Assembly (NCBI RefSeq): GCF_006345805.1
Contig: NC_043005.1
Location: forward strand, 66,092,001-66,156,000
Reading direction: 5' to 3'
DNA length: 64,000 bases
From: Octopus sinensis
Lineage: Eukaryota
Part shown: piece by piece, positions 37,580 to 51,099 of the stretch
How the letters are laid out: the number at the start of each line of letters is the position of its first letter
Numbering within the stretch: position 1 is the stretch's first letter
Translations under genes and position numbers: made by a program
The notes under the pieces: model-generated
The model's input: the letters and a program-made list of their open reading frames with translations, nothing else
Told to the model about the DNA's origin: nothing
Database searches by the model: none

Positions 37580-38005
37580 CTGAGTCAGAAGCATTGGAGG
37601 GTGCCTATGATTTTTGCAGACATCCAAAGATTTGTAAGACTGATGCCATTAATGTTGCATGTAAAATGTTGCTGGTCATCTCAGAATTTAGAAGACCCCT
37701 CCCCCAGTGAAAAAGGTTACGAGAGAGTGCAGTCATGGAGCGATAGCGTAACTGGAACAGAGACTAAAAGGAAATTAGGACTCAGAGGCGGGGAGTGGTG
37801 TTGCTCAGTGTGGGGTGAGTAGCACACTCTTCATATTTTCATTTTCAACTATCACGCATGTTATCATAATTTTAATTTGTTTTTCATGTTCATTTTCATG
37901 TGTCATTCATAATATCATATTTTATTTTTATATATTTTTTATTGTTATATGTCCCCACATGTGTTGCAGTGTCCTCCTCTATGTAATACCTTTATGGTAA
38001 TTTAA
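37580..38005 (+). mobile_element. Diverged 3' end of an L1/Tx1-like LINE
   Basis: T-rich 3' UTR with TGTCCCC..TGTCCTCCTCTATGT..AATAAAGAA resembling 44880-45001. Confidence 0.4.
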
Positions 38006-38019
38006 AAAAAATAAAGAAG

Positions 38020-38133
38020 CTTGCTTCCCAGCCCCACTGCGTGGCACCTTCGACGGGTGTAGTGTCTTCTAACTCAGTCTCAGCCAAAGCCTTGTGAGCG
38101 GATTTGGCAGACGGAAATTGAAAGAAGCCCGCC

Positions 38134-38205
<72 letters not shown>

Positions 38206-39240
38206 TTGTGAGTTTGCATGTGTGTTTATACCTCGCCATCGCTTGACAACTGGTATTGGTGCATTTATATCCCCATAACTTAGTGGTTCGGACAAAGAGA
38301 CCAATAGAATTAGCACTAGGCTTACAAATAATAAGTCCTGGAGTCGATTTGTTCGACTAAAATCCATTAAGGTGGTGCTCCAGCATGGCCGCAGTCAAGT
38401 AACTGAAATAATTAAGAGAGTAAAAGAGTAAAGAAACCCCAGTACTTGACGGAATCTTTAGTTTATCGTCATCCGTAAGGAAGAAAGGAAAAATTGAACT
38501 CAGCGGGAACTGAACTTAATTTAAGAATTTAAAGAAAAAAATAAAATAAAAGGGTTCGCCTCTAGAGGCAGTCGTTGTCCAACGATTCTGCCAGTTTGCT
38601 GCGTTCAGGTTCCCACTGATTAAAGGTGTAGGTATTGTAATGTTTGAATGTCTGAAAACTTTAAAACGCTAGTGTTCTACGAATGCAAACAAAGTAGATC
38701 TTTTATCTTTTACTTGTTTCAGTCATTTGACTGCGGCCATTCTGGGGCACTACCTTGAAGGATTTTAGTCGAACAAATCGACACCAAAACTTATTTTTTA
38801 AAAAATCCTAATACTTATTCTATCGGTACTTTTTAACTGAACTGTTAAGTTATGGAGACATAAGCACACCAACGCTGAGTGTCAAAAGATGGCAGGGACA
38901 AACACAGACACATATAGATACACACACACACACAGGGCTTGTTTCAGTTTCCGTCTACCAAGATCACTCACAGGACTTCGGTCAAGCTGAGGCTACAGTT
39001 GAAGACACTGCGTGTTTGTATCTTTGAGTCTGTGTTTGTCCCCTATCGCCGCTTGACAACCGGTGATGGTTTGTTTACGTCCCTGTGACTTAGCGGCTCT
39101 GCAAAAGAGTGATAGAATAAGCACCAGGCTAAACAATAAGTACTAGAGTCGATTCGTTCGACTAAAAATTCCCCAAGGCAGTGCTCCAGCATGGCCGCAG
39201 TCTAATGCCTGAAGCAATTCAAAGATGAGAGGGAAAAGAT
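38020..39240. mobile_element. Cluster of partial family A and Nin SINEs in both orientations
   Basis: Family A segments at about 38020-38420 (+), 38700-39010 (-), 39010-39240 (+); old Nin segment at about 38420-38600 (-). Confidence 0.7.
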
Positions 39241-39919
39241 AGATATTTAAACAAATAGAAAGGTGGTGGTGGAAAATGTGTAATCCTGATCAGTTATTGA
39301 TTAAAAAATAAAAGATAATCGATGAAATAGTCTGTTGATGCTGAATCTCTGATGTTGAAATATACAAAAAAAAATAAAATAAATCTTAATAAAAACGTAA
39401 GAAGGAGAAGGAAAGATGTTAAAAAAATCTACATTTAAAGGAATAAATGTCAACATTTCTTTCAACTTGGCGCTCTCTTGCTGTTATTTGAGAAACATCT
39501 TCAATGCCAGATCAGAACAAGATACTTCTCATGACTTCACAATGAATGAAACATTTTAACACAATCACTTCTCAAGTTTAATGTCATGTAGCAAGGTCTT
39601 CATCAGAAATCTCTTTATTACTCTTAAAATTACACTTTTTATTCAAACACAAGAGGTTTTTTCTAAGCCGATAAGCAGATCTGTATGTAGTAGCTCAGTC
39701 TGTAAGAGATAGGAGGTAAATCTCGGTGACATCACACCCGGCCGTCTTATGAGAAATGGAAGGACGCATTGGATTATGTATGCCCGAGTTAGATACACTG
39801 TACGTTAATAAATGATGGAGAGTTGTCAAGAGTTAGAGCAGTTTTTGTCTCAACTCTACTCAATTAGAGGTGATTTGGAGCTAAACAAAAACCACCACCA
39901 CCACCACCAGTTTCCCCGC

Positions 39920-39961
39920 AAACTACTACTACCACTACTACTACTATTACAGTTGCTGTTG

Positions 39962-39993
<32 letters not shown>

Positions 39994-40188
39994 GCTACTA
40001 CTACTACTACTACATTTGCTGCTGCTACTACTACTACTACTACTACAGTTGCTGCTGCTGCTACTACTACTACTACAGTTGCTGCTGCTGCTGCTACTAC
40101 TACTACTACTACTACTATACTACTACAATTTCTACTACTACTACTACTACTACTACTACAGTTTCTACTACAGTTTCTACTACTACTA

Positions 40189-40249
<61 letters not shown>

Positions 40250-40311
40250 AGTTGCTGCTGCTGCTGCTACTACTACTACTACTACTACTACTACTTATAC
40301 TACTACAGTTT

Positions 40312-40342
<31 letters not shown>

Positions 40343-40452
40343 AGTTGCTGCTGCTGCTGCTGCTGCTACTACTACTACTACTACTTATACTACTACAATT
40401 TCTACTACTACTACTACTACTACAGTTTCTACTACAGTTTCTACTACAGTTT

Positions 40453-40484
<32 letters not shown>

Positions 40485-40545
40485 GCTGCTGCTACTACTA
40501 CTACTACTACTACTACTACTAATACTACTGCTACTACTACTACAG

Positions 40546-40580
<35 letters not shown>
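39920..40580. repeat. Compound (CTA)n/(CTG)n trinucleotide array with recurrent CAGTT/CAGTTT interruptions
   Basis: Direct reading; produces the poly-L/Y/S/V ORFs. Confidence 0.95.
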
Positions 40581-41032
40581 TCTCCATGTATTACAAGACC
40601 AAGCAATACTGTGAATGTCTGTTTTTTTATTTATCAGAAGCATTCAGCTGCACAAGTTTCTAACTTACAACAGTGTTTCCAGAGACTCTTTTGTGATTAG
40701 TCTTCTTTTATCTCTTCCTCCTTTTCCTCTTCTTCCCTCCCTTTCTCTCTCTGTTCCACTCTATATCCTATTCTTTCTCTATCACTTTCTTTATTTCCAT
40801 CCTGTTGTTCGCTTTTCTCTCTCTTCCATTTCTACCCCTCTCACTTCCTTCCTCTATCTATCTGTTTCTCTCTGTATTCCGTTCATTTCCTTCTCTGCCT
40901 TTCCCTGTTCCTAGCTGTGTCTATTCTACTGGCATGCACCAACTTACGTTGTTTCGAGTTACAGCTTTTTCGACTTACGTCATTTTTTGAAAAGAAATTA
41001 ATAGGAAAAATTAAACCTCAGCTTCAGTCGAT

Positions 41033-41630
41033 TTAGTTAGTTAGTTAGTTAATTTTTTGGCTCAAAAAGCAAAAAGCAAGGCCATGTAGGGGGTCATGGA
41101 GTTATGTACAGGGTGGTGTTCAAGTAAAGAGTTCAGGCCACTTGAGGTCAAGGGAGACTTTGAACCGAGCGGTCGTCGGCATCTTCATCATCTCGTCTGG
41201 CAGCTTATTCCACGGATCCGCAACCCGGACGGAGAAAGCCCATCTCCTTCGATTGAGATGAAATCGTCGCAGATAGAGCTTTTCGGAATGACCCCGCAGC
41301 CGACGCTCTGGAGCAGGAATGAAGAACAGCTCTTTCGAGAGGTTACACTTTCCGCTTATGATGTTGTGAGCAAGAATGAGATCTCCACGGCGTCGTCGTT
41401 TTTCTAGAGAATAGAGGTCAAGCGTCTTCAGCCTTTCTTCATAAGACAAATTCTTGAGACCAAGAACCATGCGGGTAGCCAGCTTCTGGACTTTTTCGAG
41501 ATGCTGTATGTCTTTGAGGAGATAAGGAGAAGAGGCTTGAATCCCGTACTCCAATATGGGTCTCACCAGCGTGACATAGAGCGGTAGGAATATGACTTTA
41601 CACCAGGCTCAGCGAACACTTAAAAGCATA
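41033..41630 (-). mobile_element. CR1-clade LINE 3' end (RT C-terminus, 3' UTR, (AACT)n tail)
   Basis: ORF 41120-41566: RPILEYGIQASSPYLLKDIQHLEKVQKLATRMV..LSYEERLKTLDLYSLEKRRRRGDLI..RGHSEKL..FSVRVADPWNKLP. Confidence 0.9.
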
Positions 41631-41772
41631 AAAAAACCCACCTAAAAATCATCATTGAAGTGGAAAAAAAATAAAATAAAACACATGCCAAGATATGTAC
41701 AAACCATTTATTAAAACAGATATAAGATAGAAATAAGAAGAAAATAAGAGAAATATCCGTAATCATACAGAT

Positions 41773-42170
41773 CTCTTTTTACTTGTTTCAGTCATTTGAC
41801 TGCGGCCATGCTGGAGCACAGCCTTTAGTCGAGCAAATCTTTGTCGAGCTTATTCTTTGTAAGCCCAGTACTTATTCTATCGGTTTATTTTGCCGAACCG
41901 CTAAGTGACGGGGACGTAAACACACCAGCATCGGTTGTCAAGCAATGCTAGGGGGAAAAACACAGACACACAAACACACATACATATATATATATATACA
42001 TATATACGACAGGCTTCTTTCAGTTTCCGTCTACCAAATCCACTCACAAGGCATTGGTCGGCCCGGGGCTATAGCAGAAGACACTTGCCCAAGATGCCAC
42101 GCAGTAGGAGTGAACCCGGAACCATGTGGTTGGTTAGCAAGCTACTTACCACACAGCCACTCCTGCGCCT
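41773..42170 (-). mobile_element. Family A SINE
   Basis: Near-consensus copy ending CCACTCCTGCGCCT. Confidence 0.9.
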
Positions 42171-43278
42171 ATAAGCTTATAAATTTTTAAAAATAAATCT
42201 ATTTTTATGTTACGTCAGTTTTAGAGTTGTCTGTTTTGGAACCAATTGCCGACGTAAGTTGAGATATGCCTGTATTTTCTTGCTCAGCTCACTCATCCTC
42301 TCGATCACTTTTCTTTCTCTATCTCTTCCCTTCCATCATCCTCTCTCTTCATTCCTCTGTCTGTTTCTTTCTATCTTTATCTCATTTATCACGTTTCTTT
42401 TTTTACTCTCTCTTTCTCCCCTCCTTCTTTACTCTATCTTTCTTCTCTCTCCTTTCTCTCAGTTTATCTCCTCTGCTCTCTCCTTCCTTATCGCTTCCTT
42501 TCTTTCGTCTTCTGTCTATCTGCCTCTTCTCGTCTTTCTCTATCTTTCTCAATCTTACTGTCTTCTTCTCTTGGTCTTTCCTCTCGTAATTTCTTAATCT
42601 TTCTCCCTCTATATCTACCTTTCTTTTATTTCCAAATTACAACCGAAAGAAGAAAGAACTTGAAAAGTTTTAAGAAAAAACCTGAAACAAAGATGTCACA
42701 AAAAACAAACAAATAACACCCTAAAATAACAACAACAACAATAATAATAATATCCACAGTAACGTAATATCTAACATTTTCAAAATATCCTCTTCACAAT
42801 ACTCCAAACAAACAAACAAGCAAACACACGCAAAAACAAACAAACAAGTAAAACAAAGAAGACACCAGATTAAAAAAATATATAGATTACATCCTGGGTG
42901 ATAAATAAAATTTCGCAAAATACCAAACGAATGAAGCAAAGAAAATAAACCTTAAAAATGCGTAAATACAACTGAAACAAGAGTAGAAAGAAAAAGAAAA
43001 AGAACAGGCAAGACCACACGAGAGAATATTCAATAAATATCATATTTAATCGATGGAAATTAAATTAAGTTCAATGGTTTCAAAATTTCTGGAACGCAAT
43101 TAATCAACCATATTTCCAGTGATAAGGGGGTAAAAAAAAATGTCACCTTAAAGATAAATAAAAATTAACTGAACAATGGATAAATTTACCCCCTTTTATT
43201 CTATTTGTTCCTTTCACATTTGATGATGATGATGATGATGATGTGTGCATGTGATAACGTGTTTTTATATACACATAT

Positions 43279-43315
<37 letters not shown>

Positions 43316-43509
43316 CAATTGAGGATAAAATCTTTAAAAGAAATTATCAGTAGTCAGTGTGAAAAACCTCGTAAGAGAAAAAATCCGTAAATTCTTCCTC
43401 TTTGAAAATATTCATTATATAAAAAAAATATAAATGTATATATATATATATATATTATATATATATATTATATAATATATATATATATTTATATATATAT
43501 ATATATATA

Positions 43510-43900
43510 TCTATATCTTTATATATATAAAACTGAGAATGTGTCTGTCTGTCTGTGTGTTTCCCTAAAACTTGAGAACTACACAACCAATTTCATTCAA
43601 ATTTTACACATGCCTTACTTAGGGTCCATGTAGTTTCATGGGCAAAAAAATGTTCAACTTCTTGCCTAGAGCGAGCCCATAGCAATATCATATCTTCTCC
43701 ACTATTTCAGTATTACTTGTTAAAAGTGAAACAAAAACATTTCTCTATTTTATGTCAGATACTTTCACTTTAACAATAAAAATAATAATAACAATTGAAT
43801 TATATGTAGTAAGTAATAATTAAAATCAAACTAAAGTAATATGACAAAAGTAAAAATAGCAATTGGCATAAAATTGCATCAATGATTTGAACTTGAATAA
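43510..43900 (+). mobile_element. 5' part of a non-autonomous Helitron-like element
   Basis: ATCTTTATATATATAAAACTGAGAATGTGTCTGTCTGTCTG..AACTACACAACCAATTTCATTCAAATTTT start motif. Confidence 0.5.
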
Positions 43901-44019
43901 GTGTTTTCACATGAATGGGAATAAATTAAAAATAAGATAAGCGTGCAGAAATGGAATAGTGCAGATGGATAATAAAAAATTAAATTATAGAAAAGACTAT
44001 TGTCTATAAAGTATACAAT

Positions 44020-45001
44020 GTAGAGAAAAAAGGTCGCGTTTTTTTGCGCTCTGTAAAATTCGGTTAAAAAAGAACAAAAAGTGAATTGTGGTTGCGGAAT
44101 TGGAACGTCGGTTGGTGCGGTTTCGCGTCGCACTGGTTCTGTGCGTCGCACGTTTTCTGTTCGGGAGGCCGTTTTTCGGTCTGAGGCGACTATGAGCCGC
44201 CTCTACCAAACGGATGAGATGGAAGGGAGAAATTTCTCTGAAAATTCGTCGACATCTGAGGAGGAGTTGGCGGTGAAAAAAATGGAAAGCACCTACGCAG
44301 GTATAACGAAGAAGTCAACAGAAAAAGAGATAGACCTGGCTAAGTTGACGGACTTCCAGGAGTTCATGAAGGAGGAGGAGAACGGAGAGGTTGAGCTGTT
44401 GCCTCTAGCAGGGCGCGGAGACTGGTTCCATCGTAGAACCATTAAATATAAAGTATTTATGAATGGAGGTAGAAAAATGGAAGTGATTAACATGGAAGCA
44501 ATTGAAGAGGCTTTCAAACAGACAGGAGAAGAAATTGTGTACATGACAAAAGGATTAGAATATGGAACCATAACGGTACAATTTAAAAGTGAGAAAGCAG
44601 CCAGGAATATAGCAGCCAAGGTGGTGAGTACAGAAAAGTTTTACTTGTTCCCCTCGTATTTGAATAGAAGGACCACCAGAATTAGGGTGGAAGGAATACC
44701 TCCACACCTAGAAGGCGAGGTGAAGGATACAAGAATGAGCGATGAATTCGTGGAATATATGGAGGACAGTTTCGGAGTAAGAATGGATATGGATGGTCTT
44801 CGTATTGGGAATGAACATTCAGGTGACAGTGAAAACAAAAGGACAGGTAAGTGATGCTGGCGGAGGGGGCCGTTAGCATCGCTTTCATATTATCATTTTT
44901 TCATTTTCATTTGCTCATAAATTTAATCATATTGTTCTATGTCCCCCATGTTTTGTTATGTCCGCCATTCTTCGTAGCCCCTGGTGGGTAATAAAGAAAT
45001 A
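44020..45001 (+). mobile_element. Internally deleted L1/Tx1-like LINE: CpG-rich 5' UTR, ORF1 N-terminus, 3' UTR
   Basis: CpG-rich leader, ATG at 44192, ORF1-like segment (..YGTITVQFKSE..LFPSYLNRRTTRIRVEGIPP), then a T-rich 3' UTR ending TAGCCCCTGGTGGGTAATAAAGAAATA. Confidence 0.55.
44192..44854 (+). CDS. Open ORF1 (gag-like/RRM-type) fragment of the L1/Tx1-like element, 220 aa
   Basis: Uninterrupted, non-low-complexity reading frame MSRLYQTDEMEG..RTGK*. Family call by motif resemblance only. Confidence 0.5.
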   Translation: MSRLYQTDEMEGRNFSENSSTSEEELAVKKMESTYAGITKKSTEKEIDLAKLTDFQEFMKEEENGEVELLPLAGRGDWFHRRTIKYKVFMNGGRKMEVINMEAIEEAFKQTGEEIVYMTKGLEYGTITVQFKSEKAARNIAAKVVSTEKFYLFPSYLNRRTTRIRVEGIPPHLEGEVKDTRMSDEFVEYMEDSFGVRMDMDGLRIGNEHSGDSENKRTGK

Positions 45002-45489
45002 ACACGGAGGAAAGCACCTTCGAAAAGTGTCTTGGTGCGACTATGAAAGGTATCTAATCAGAGGCGGTAAATTCGCCACAATAGAAGCAAGGCTCGAGTC
45101 AATGGAGCGTGCAAGGGAGTACTCGACTCGAACTTGCAAAGTGGAAATATTTTATTTTTACCTTTATATCTGAAACGTAAGACGTCCCGGAAAAAAAAAT
45201 TAAAATGCACCCCCCCCAGAAGTAGAGGTAGGCTGGATTGTAGCCACACTTCTATACAAGAGGGAGGACAAGATACAATTGATCGAAATTACAAGAGACG
45301 GGCTAACAATTCCAGTCTGTTATATATTTTGAGTATTGTTATCACTAGCGATATCAAGATATAACTTTGTATTTTGTATTTTATGTGTAAATGTATATAT
45401 ATAGATGTACATGTAATATGTACACATATATATACACATATATACATGCACTAGCACTATGACCCGGCAACGACGGGTCTTTAATGCTA

Positions 45490-45552
<63 letters not shown>

Positions 45553-46499
45553 CATACATACATACATACACACATACATACATGCACACATACACACACA
45601 CATATACATACATACATACATACGTACATACATACATACATGCTATATGGAATATGCAATACGAATTTATGTATGTGTAGATTTAAGGAAGCGATATTTG
45701 TATAGATAGATTGAAATTAGTTGAGGTCTTTAAATCTGAAATGAAGAGTTTGTTCAAAATGTTATGGTGCCAATGCATGTAGGTATGTATATATATATGA
45801 ATAAATATTTATGCATAAATATATACAAATGTATGTTTCAGAGGATATATAATCCTGGTGGTTACCGTGGTGGCTCTCTGTGTATTCCAGGTTACGCCGA
45901 ATCTTCCCGAGAACTACGTTAAGGGTACACGTGATTGTAGAGTGCTAAACTACTTGCACGTTAATTTCAACTGGAACCCTCGTCGTCGTAATCGACGGAG
46001 GGCTACGATATTGTGTTACGAGTATTATTTTGCATTTCTGTGTATTTTCCTACCTCGCATTTCATAATATCATTATAACACTATATCATATTAAATATAA
46101 CATATATTTATTTCTATTGAATTATATTGTATCATGTTGAATTATATGATATAATTTTGCTATACAACAAATAATATATCAGTTTTGATTTAAGTGCATT
46201 ATTTGTTATATTTCATTATCGAAAAAAACCCCTCTGTAATACCGATTACACACAATGCTTAGGAATAGTTATATTGCGAAAACCACAGAATAAATTTCAG
46301 TTCATAAACTCTCTTATTCACTTAGGTAATGACTTCAATTTAACGTTAATGTTAAAGTTATTTATAACCATTAATACGTTTCAAGAGGAATAATCGAATT
46401 AAAGTTGAAAAATAATAACAAAGAGATTTATAATAGCAATTTACATAACTACTTACATAGAACAACCTAAAAGCTCAACACCTCACAATTTATATGAAA

Positions 46500-47120
46500 T
46501 TTTAACTAGTAGATTTTTTTGGATTTGTGCACAGGACTATTGTCCACTGATAAACAGCCCCCCGGAGGCATTTGGTGAGTCAAATATGGCACATTATCCT
46601 TTATTAGATTCATAAAACCTACACTATTTAGCTTTCCATCAACTTTAACTAGAGGGCTAACACCAAAGCTACTAAATGCCGCCCACACTATTACCTCCCA
46701 CCCCCCGCTTGCGTCGTCTTTTTCACGCATTTCGGATGGAATTCCTCTGTTAGGCGATGTCTGACATATGTTTTACCATCTGATCCAAATATTCGGAAGC
46801 GTGACTTGTCAATCCAAAGTACGCTGCACCAATCTTCGGCTGTCCATTGAGCATTGCTTTTCGCAAAATTAAGACGTTTGAGTTGACTTTTTCGGATATT
46901 ATTGGCTTTGTCCTAGCGATTCGTCCATGTAGTCCAAATTCTCTCAAGCGGTTGCGGACGGTTTATGGTGTAAAAATAACACTATTCTTGTTGGACAATT
47001 GTTTACAAATGTCAACGTCTGTCAGCATTCAGTTGCCTTCCGAAAGTCGGTGGATTCGAGGGTGCAACTGCGCCATCGTTTTTCTTGGGGCGCCAGTCCT
47101 TTGCCGACATTTATATTGAC
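46500..47120 (-). pseudogene. Tc1-family transposase relic
   Basis: Frameshifted pieces REFGLHGRIARTKPIISE.. and GGWEVIVWAAFSSFGVSPLVKVDGKLNS..VDNSPVHKSK (Tc1 GGSVMVWG..DNAPxH motifs). Confidence 0.8.
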
Positions 47121-47899
47121 CCGTTTCTGAAAATAACTTCCACGCTTACACGCAAGCCGCTTTACTGCACTTTAGTAGTTTGCTGATGTTCGAAAAGGAA
47201 ACGTTTTGCTGCTGGAATAACACGATTTTTGCTCTCTTGACTGGACTGAGGCTACGTTTCTAGCCCTATTTTCCTTCTTAGGTAGGTGAAGAAATTCAGC
47301 AACCCAGGACCAGAGATAAAAATGCCTGTTATTAAACCTTTTAATCGCGTCTTCCAAATCACCTTTCTTGCAATTGCTACTACGATGAGAAAGCAATTCT
47401 TACCTTCTTTCGATTAGAAATCCGGTGGGTCATGTAATATATACACATATATAGATACATACACATATACACCCATACACACACCTACACCCCCCCACAC
47501 ATACATAGTTGAAGGTTTGGTTGTGTGGTAATAAACTTGGTTCCAAAACACATGGTCCTCAGTTCAGTCCCACTGTGTGGTAACCTGGCATGTGTCTTCT
47601 GCTAAAGCCTCAGAAAAACCAAAGACTTGTCAGTGGATTTTGTAGACAGAAACTGAAAGAAATCAATTGTATTTATATGTATATATATATGTAAGTGTAT
47701 GTGTGTGTCTTTGTGTTTCTCCCTCATCACTGCTTCACGACTGGTGTTCGTTTATTTACATCCCCATAACTTATTGGTTTCACATGAAGAAATTGATAGA
47801 ATAAGTAACAGGCTTATCAAAATAGGAAAAAGCACTACGCAGGGTCCCATATTTTTGTTTGCCCACTTAGTTGTATCTATCAATTTATCTTTGTGTGTG

Positions 47900-47948
<49 letters not shown>

Positions 47949-48012
47949 ATTTCGTAGACAGGAACTGAAACAAATCAATCGTATATATATGTATATATGT
48001 AAGTGTATGTGT

Positions 48013-50712
48013 TTTGATATTGGCAACATGAATGACAATGGTCAGAGACTACTTGAATTTTGCATATAACATAACCCGTGCATCACCAACACACTCTTTG
48101 CCAACAAGACATCCCACAAGGCATCTTGGAGACATCCAAGATCTCACCACTGGCATCAGCTGAATCTCATCATTACACGAAGATCCTTTTTGAATTCTAT
48201 TCAACTGACCCGTAGTTACCACAGTGCGGATTGTGATATGCATCATTCACTAATAAGAAGCAGAGTGAGGATTCTGCATAAGAAAGTCCATCACTCCAAG
48301 AAAATGGGCCGACCACGCATTAACGCTGCTAGAACCTCGGACCCTACACTGCGAATATGTTTTGCTGTTTCTATCAAGGCTGCCCTCAGTAGCTGCCCAA
48401 ACTCCTCTGCTGAACGTAGGTGGAATTATATCAGGGAAGCTTTGTATACCACATCAATAGATACTTTCGGCATGAGAGAAAGGCAAAACCCACATTGGTT
48501 CAGTGCTGGAAACAGTTATCGAAGCAAGCAAAGCGTGCAGCTCTGATGCAATACAAGAGTGATTCTTCTACAAAGTCACTCGAAGAACTCAGAAAGGCGA
48601 GAAATAAAACCCAACTGACTACCAGACGCTGTGCAAATAGGTATTGGCAGGAAATCTGTCAGAGTATCCAGTCAGCTTCTGACAGTAGCGACACCCATGG
48701 GATGTATGCCGGTTTGAAGAAGGCCCTCGGTCCATCCGCAATCAAGTCAGCCCCTCTGAAATCAACTACTAGAGATCTCATCAAGGACCAAAGCAAGCAA
48801 ATTAATAGATGGGTGGAGTACTACAAGGATCTCTACTCACGGGAGACCACGGTAACTGAGGCTGCACTCGAGGGTGTCAAGATCTTGCCAGTCATGTGTG
48901 AACTTGACAGTCTGCCATCTATAGCAGAGCTCACCAAGGCTATTGACTCCCTAGCAAGTAACAAGGCTCCGGGAAAAGACGTCATCCCCTTAGAGATCAT
49001 CAAAATCGGCAAAAACACTATCCTGCTTCGGCACCTTCATGAGCTTTTGTGTCAGTGCTGGGGAGAAGGTACAGTCCCTCAGGATATGCGGGATGCTAAC
49101 ATCATTACACTTTACAAAAAAAAGGTGAACGTGGTGATTGTAACAATTACCGTGGAATATCTCTTCTAAGCACTGTTGGAAAGGCCTTTACTCGCGTTAT
49201 CCTGTCCAGGCTACAACTGCTTGTTTCTCGAATCGATCCAGAATCGCAGTGTGGCTTTAGAAGAAGCAGATCAACTATTGACATGATATTCTCCATACGC
49301 CAACTTCAGGAGAAATCCAGAGAGCAGAAAATGCCATTATATATGGCCTTCATTGATCTGACAAAGGCCTTTGACTTGGTAAGTAGAAAAGGCTTCTTCA
49401 TCCTGCTCCAAAAATCGGAGGTCCACCAAAGCTGCTGAGGATCATCAAATCTTTCCATGATGATATGCAAGGCAACATACAGCACAATGGTTCAACATCA
49501 GCCGCCTTACAAATAAAAAACGGGGTAAAACAAGGTTGTGGCCTTGCTCCTACATTATTTGGCATCTTCTTCTCGCTGCTGCTGTCACATGCCTTTCAGA
49601 CATCAGTTGATGGAGTGTTTCTGCACAGTATAAGTGACGGGAAACTGTTCAATCTCTTGCGTCCGCGTGTCAAGACCAAAATCAGAAGCGTCCTGATCAA
49701 GGAGGTGCTATTTGCTGATGCTGCTCTGGTATCACACACAGAAGAAGCCATACAAAGGCTCATCAACTGTTTTGAGCAAGCATGTAGCAACCTTAACTTA
49801 TTTATCAACCCCAAGAAGACCAACATCATGGGCCAGGCTACATCGGACATCCCAAACATACATATTGGAGACCACAGACTACAGGAGGTGGAGAAGTTTA
49901 CCTATCTTAGCTTTACCGTCACCTACAACCTATCCCTTGATGCTGAGCTCAATATACGCATTGGCAAGGCAGCTGCTGTGATGGCCCAACTATCCAAACG
50001 GGCATGGGACAACAATAAGCTGACCAAGGACACAAAAATGAAGATTTACTAGGCATGTGTACTTAGCACTCTACTGTATGGAAGTGAGACTTGGACGCCA
50101 TACTCACACCCAGAGCGTCGACTAAATATCTTTCACCTGCGCTGCCTCCGGAAAATCCTTCACATCAAATGGCAGAATCATGTCCCCCAACAAAGATGTC
50201 CTCAAGCAAACAGGAATACCAAGCATGTTTGCACTCCTTACACAAAGACGTATGAGATGACTTGGACATATTAGCTGTTTGGAAGATGGCAGATTCCCCA
50301 AGGACATACTCTACGGAGAGCTTGCTAGGGGCACTAGGTCTGTGGGAAAACCGTTCTTACGATTTGCAAAAGGGACATGAATGCCTGCAACATCAATATT
50401 ACCAACTGCGAAGCAGTTGCCAGCAACCCTGGAGATTGGCGACGTACCATAAAAGAGAGAACACAAAGAGTGACGTAGAGAGAGAGGAGAAATGGAAAGA
50501 CAAGAAAAGACATCAACGAGAAAGTATGACATTACAACCAGCCAGGCAAAATCTTCGCTACATTTGCGGCACCTGCCAGAGGGAGTGTTTGTGCAGGATA
50601 GGACTACACAGCCACAGCAGGAGATGTATTAGGACATGAAATGTAAAAGCCAGACTAGATTATTTTATACGCAACTCCATTGTCTCCCGAGACGAAAAGG
50701 ATGCCAACAACA
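48013..50712 (+). mobile_element. 5'-truncated RTE-clade (BovB-like) LINE: APE end, RT, C2H2 finger; about 74-bp TSD
   Basis: WRHPRSHHWHQLNLII (APE); ESQCGFRRSRSTIDMIF..FIDLTKAFDLV; GVKQGCGLAPTLF; LFADA; LYGSETW; YICGTCQRECLCRIGLHSHSRRC. Tail GGATGCCAACAACAA. Several frameshifts and stops. Confidence 0.92.
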
Positions 50713-50992
50713 ATATATATGGATTTTGTAGACAGGAAGTGAAACAAATCAATCGTATATATATGTATATATGTAAGTGTATGTGTGTGTCTTTGTCACT
50801 GTGTTTCGCCCTGATCACTGCTTCACAACTTGTTCATTTATTTACATTCACTTAACTTACTGGTTTCACAAGAACAAACTAATAAATAAGTACCAGGCTT
50901 ATCAACATAAATAAAATCACTAGGCTGTGTCTCATATTTTTGTTTGCCCACTCAGTTGTATCTATCAATTTATCTTTGTATGTGTGTGTGTA

Positions 50993-51095
<103 letters not shown>

Positions 51096-51099
51096 ATAT

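Noticed and set aside
39812-40643. 236-aa and 259-aa ORFs, and similar long ORFs at 4.6, 17, 45.3, 59.8-61.5 and 62-64 kb
   Set aside because: They are translations of microsatellites (poly-L/Y/S/V/I/E/H-T); no coding signal.
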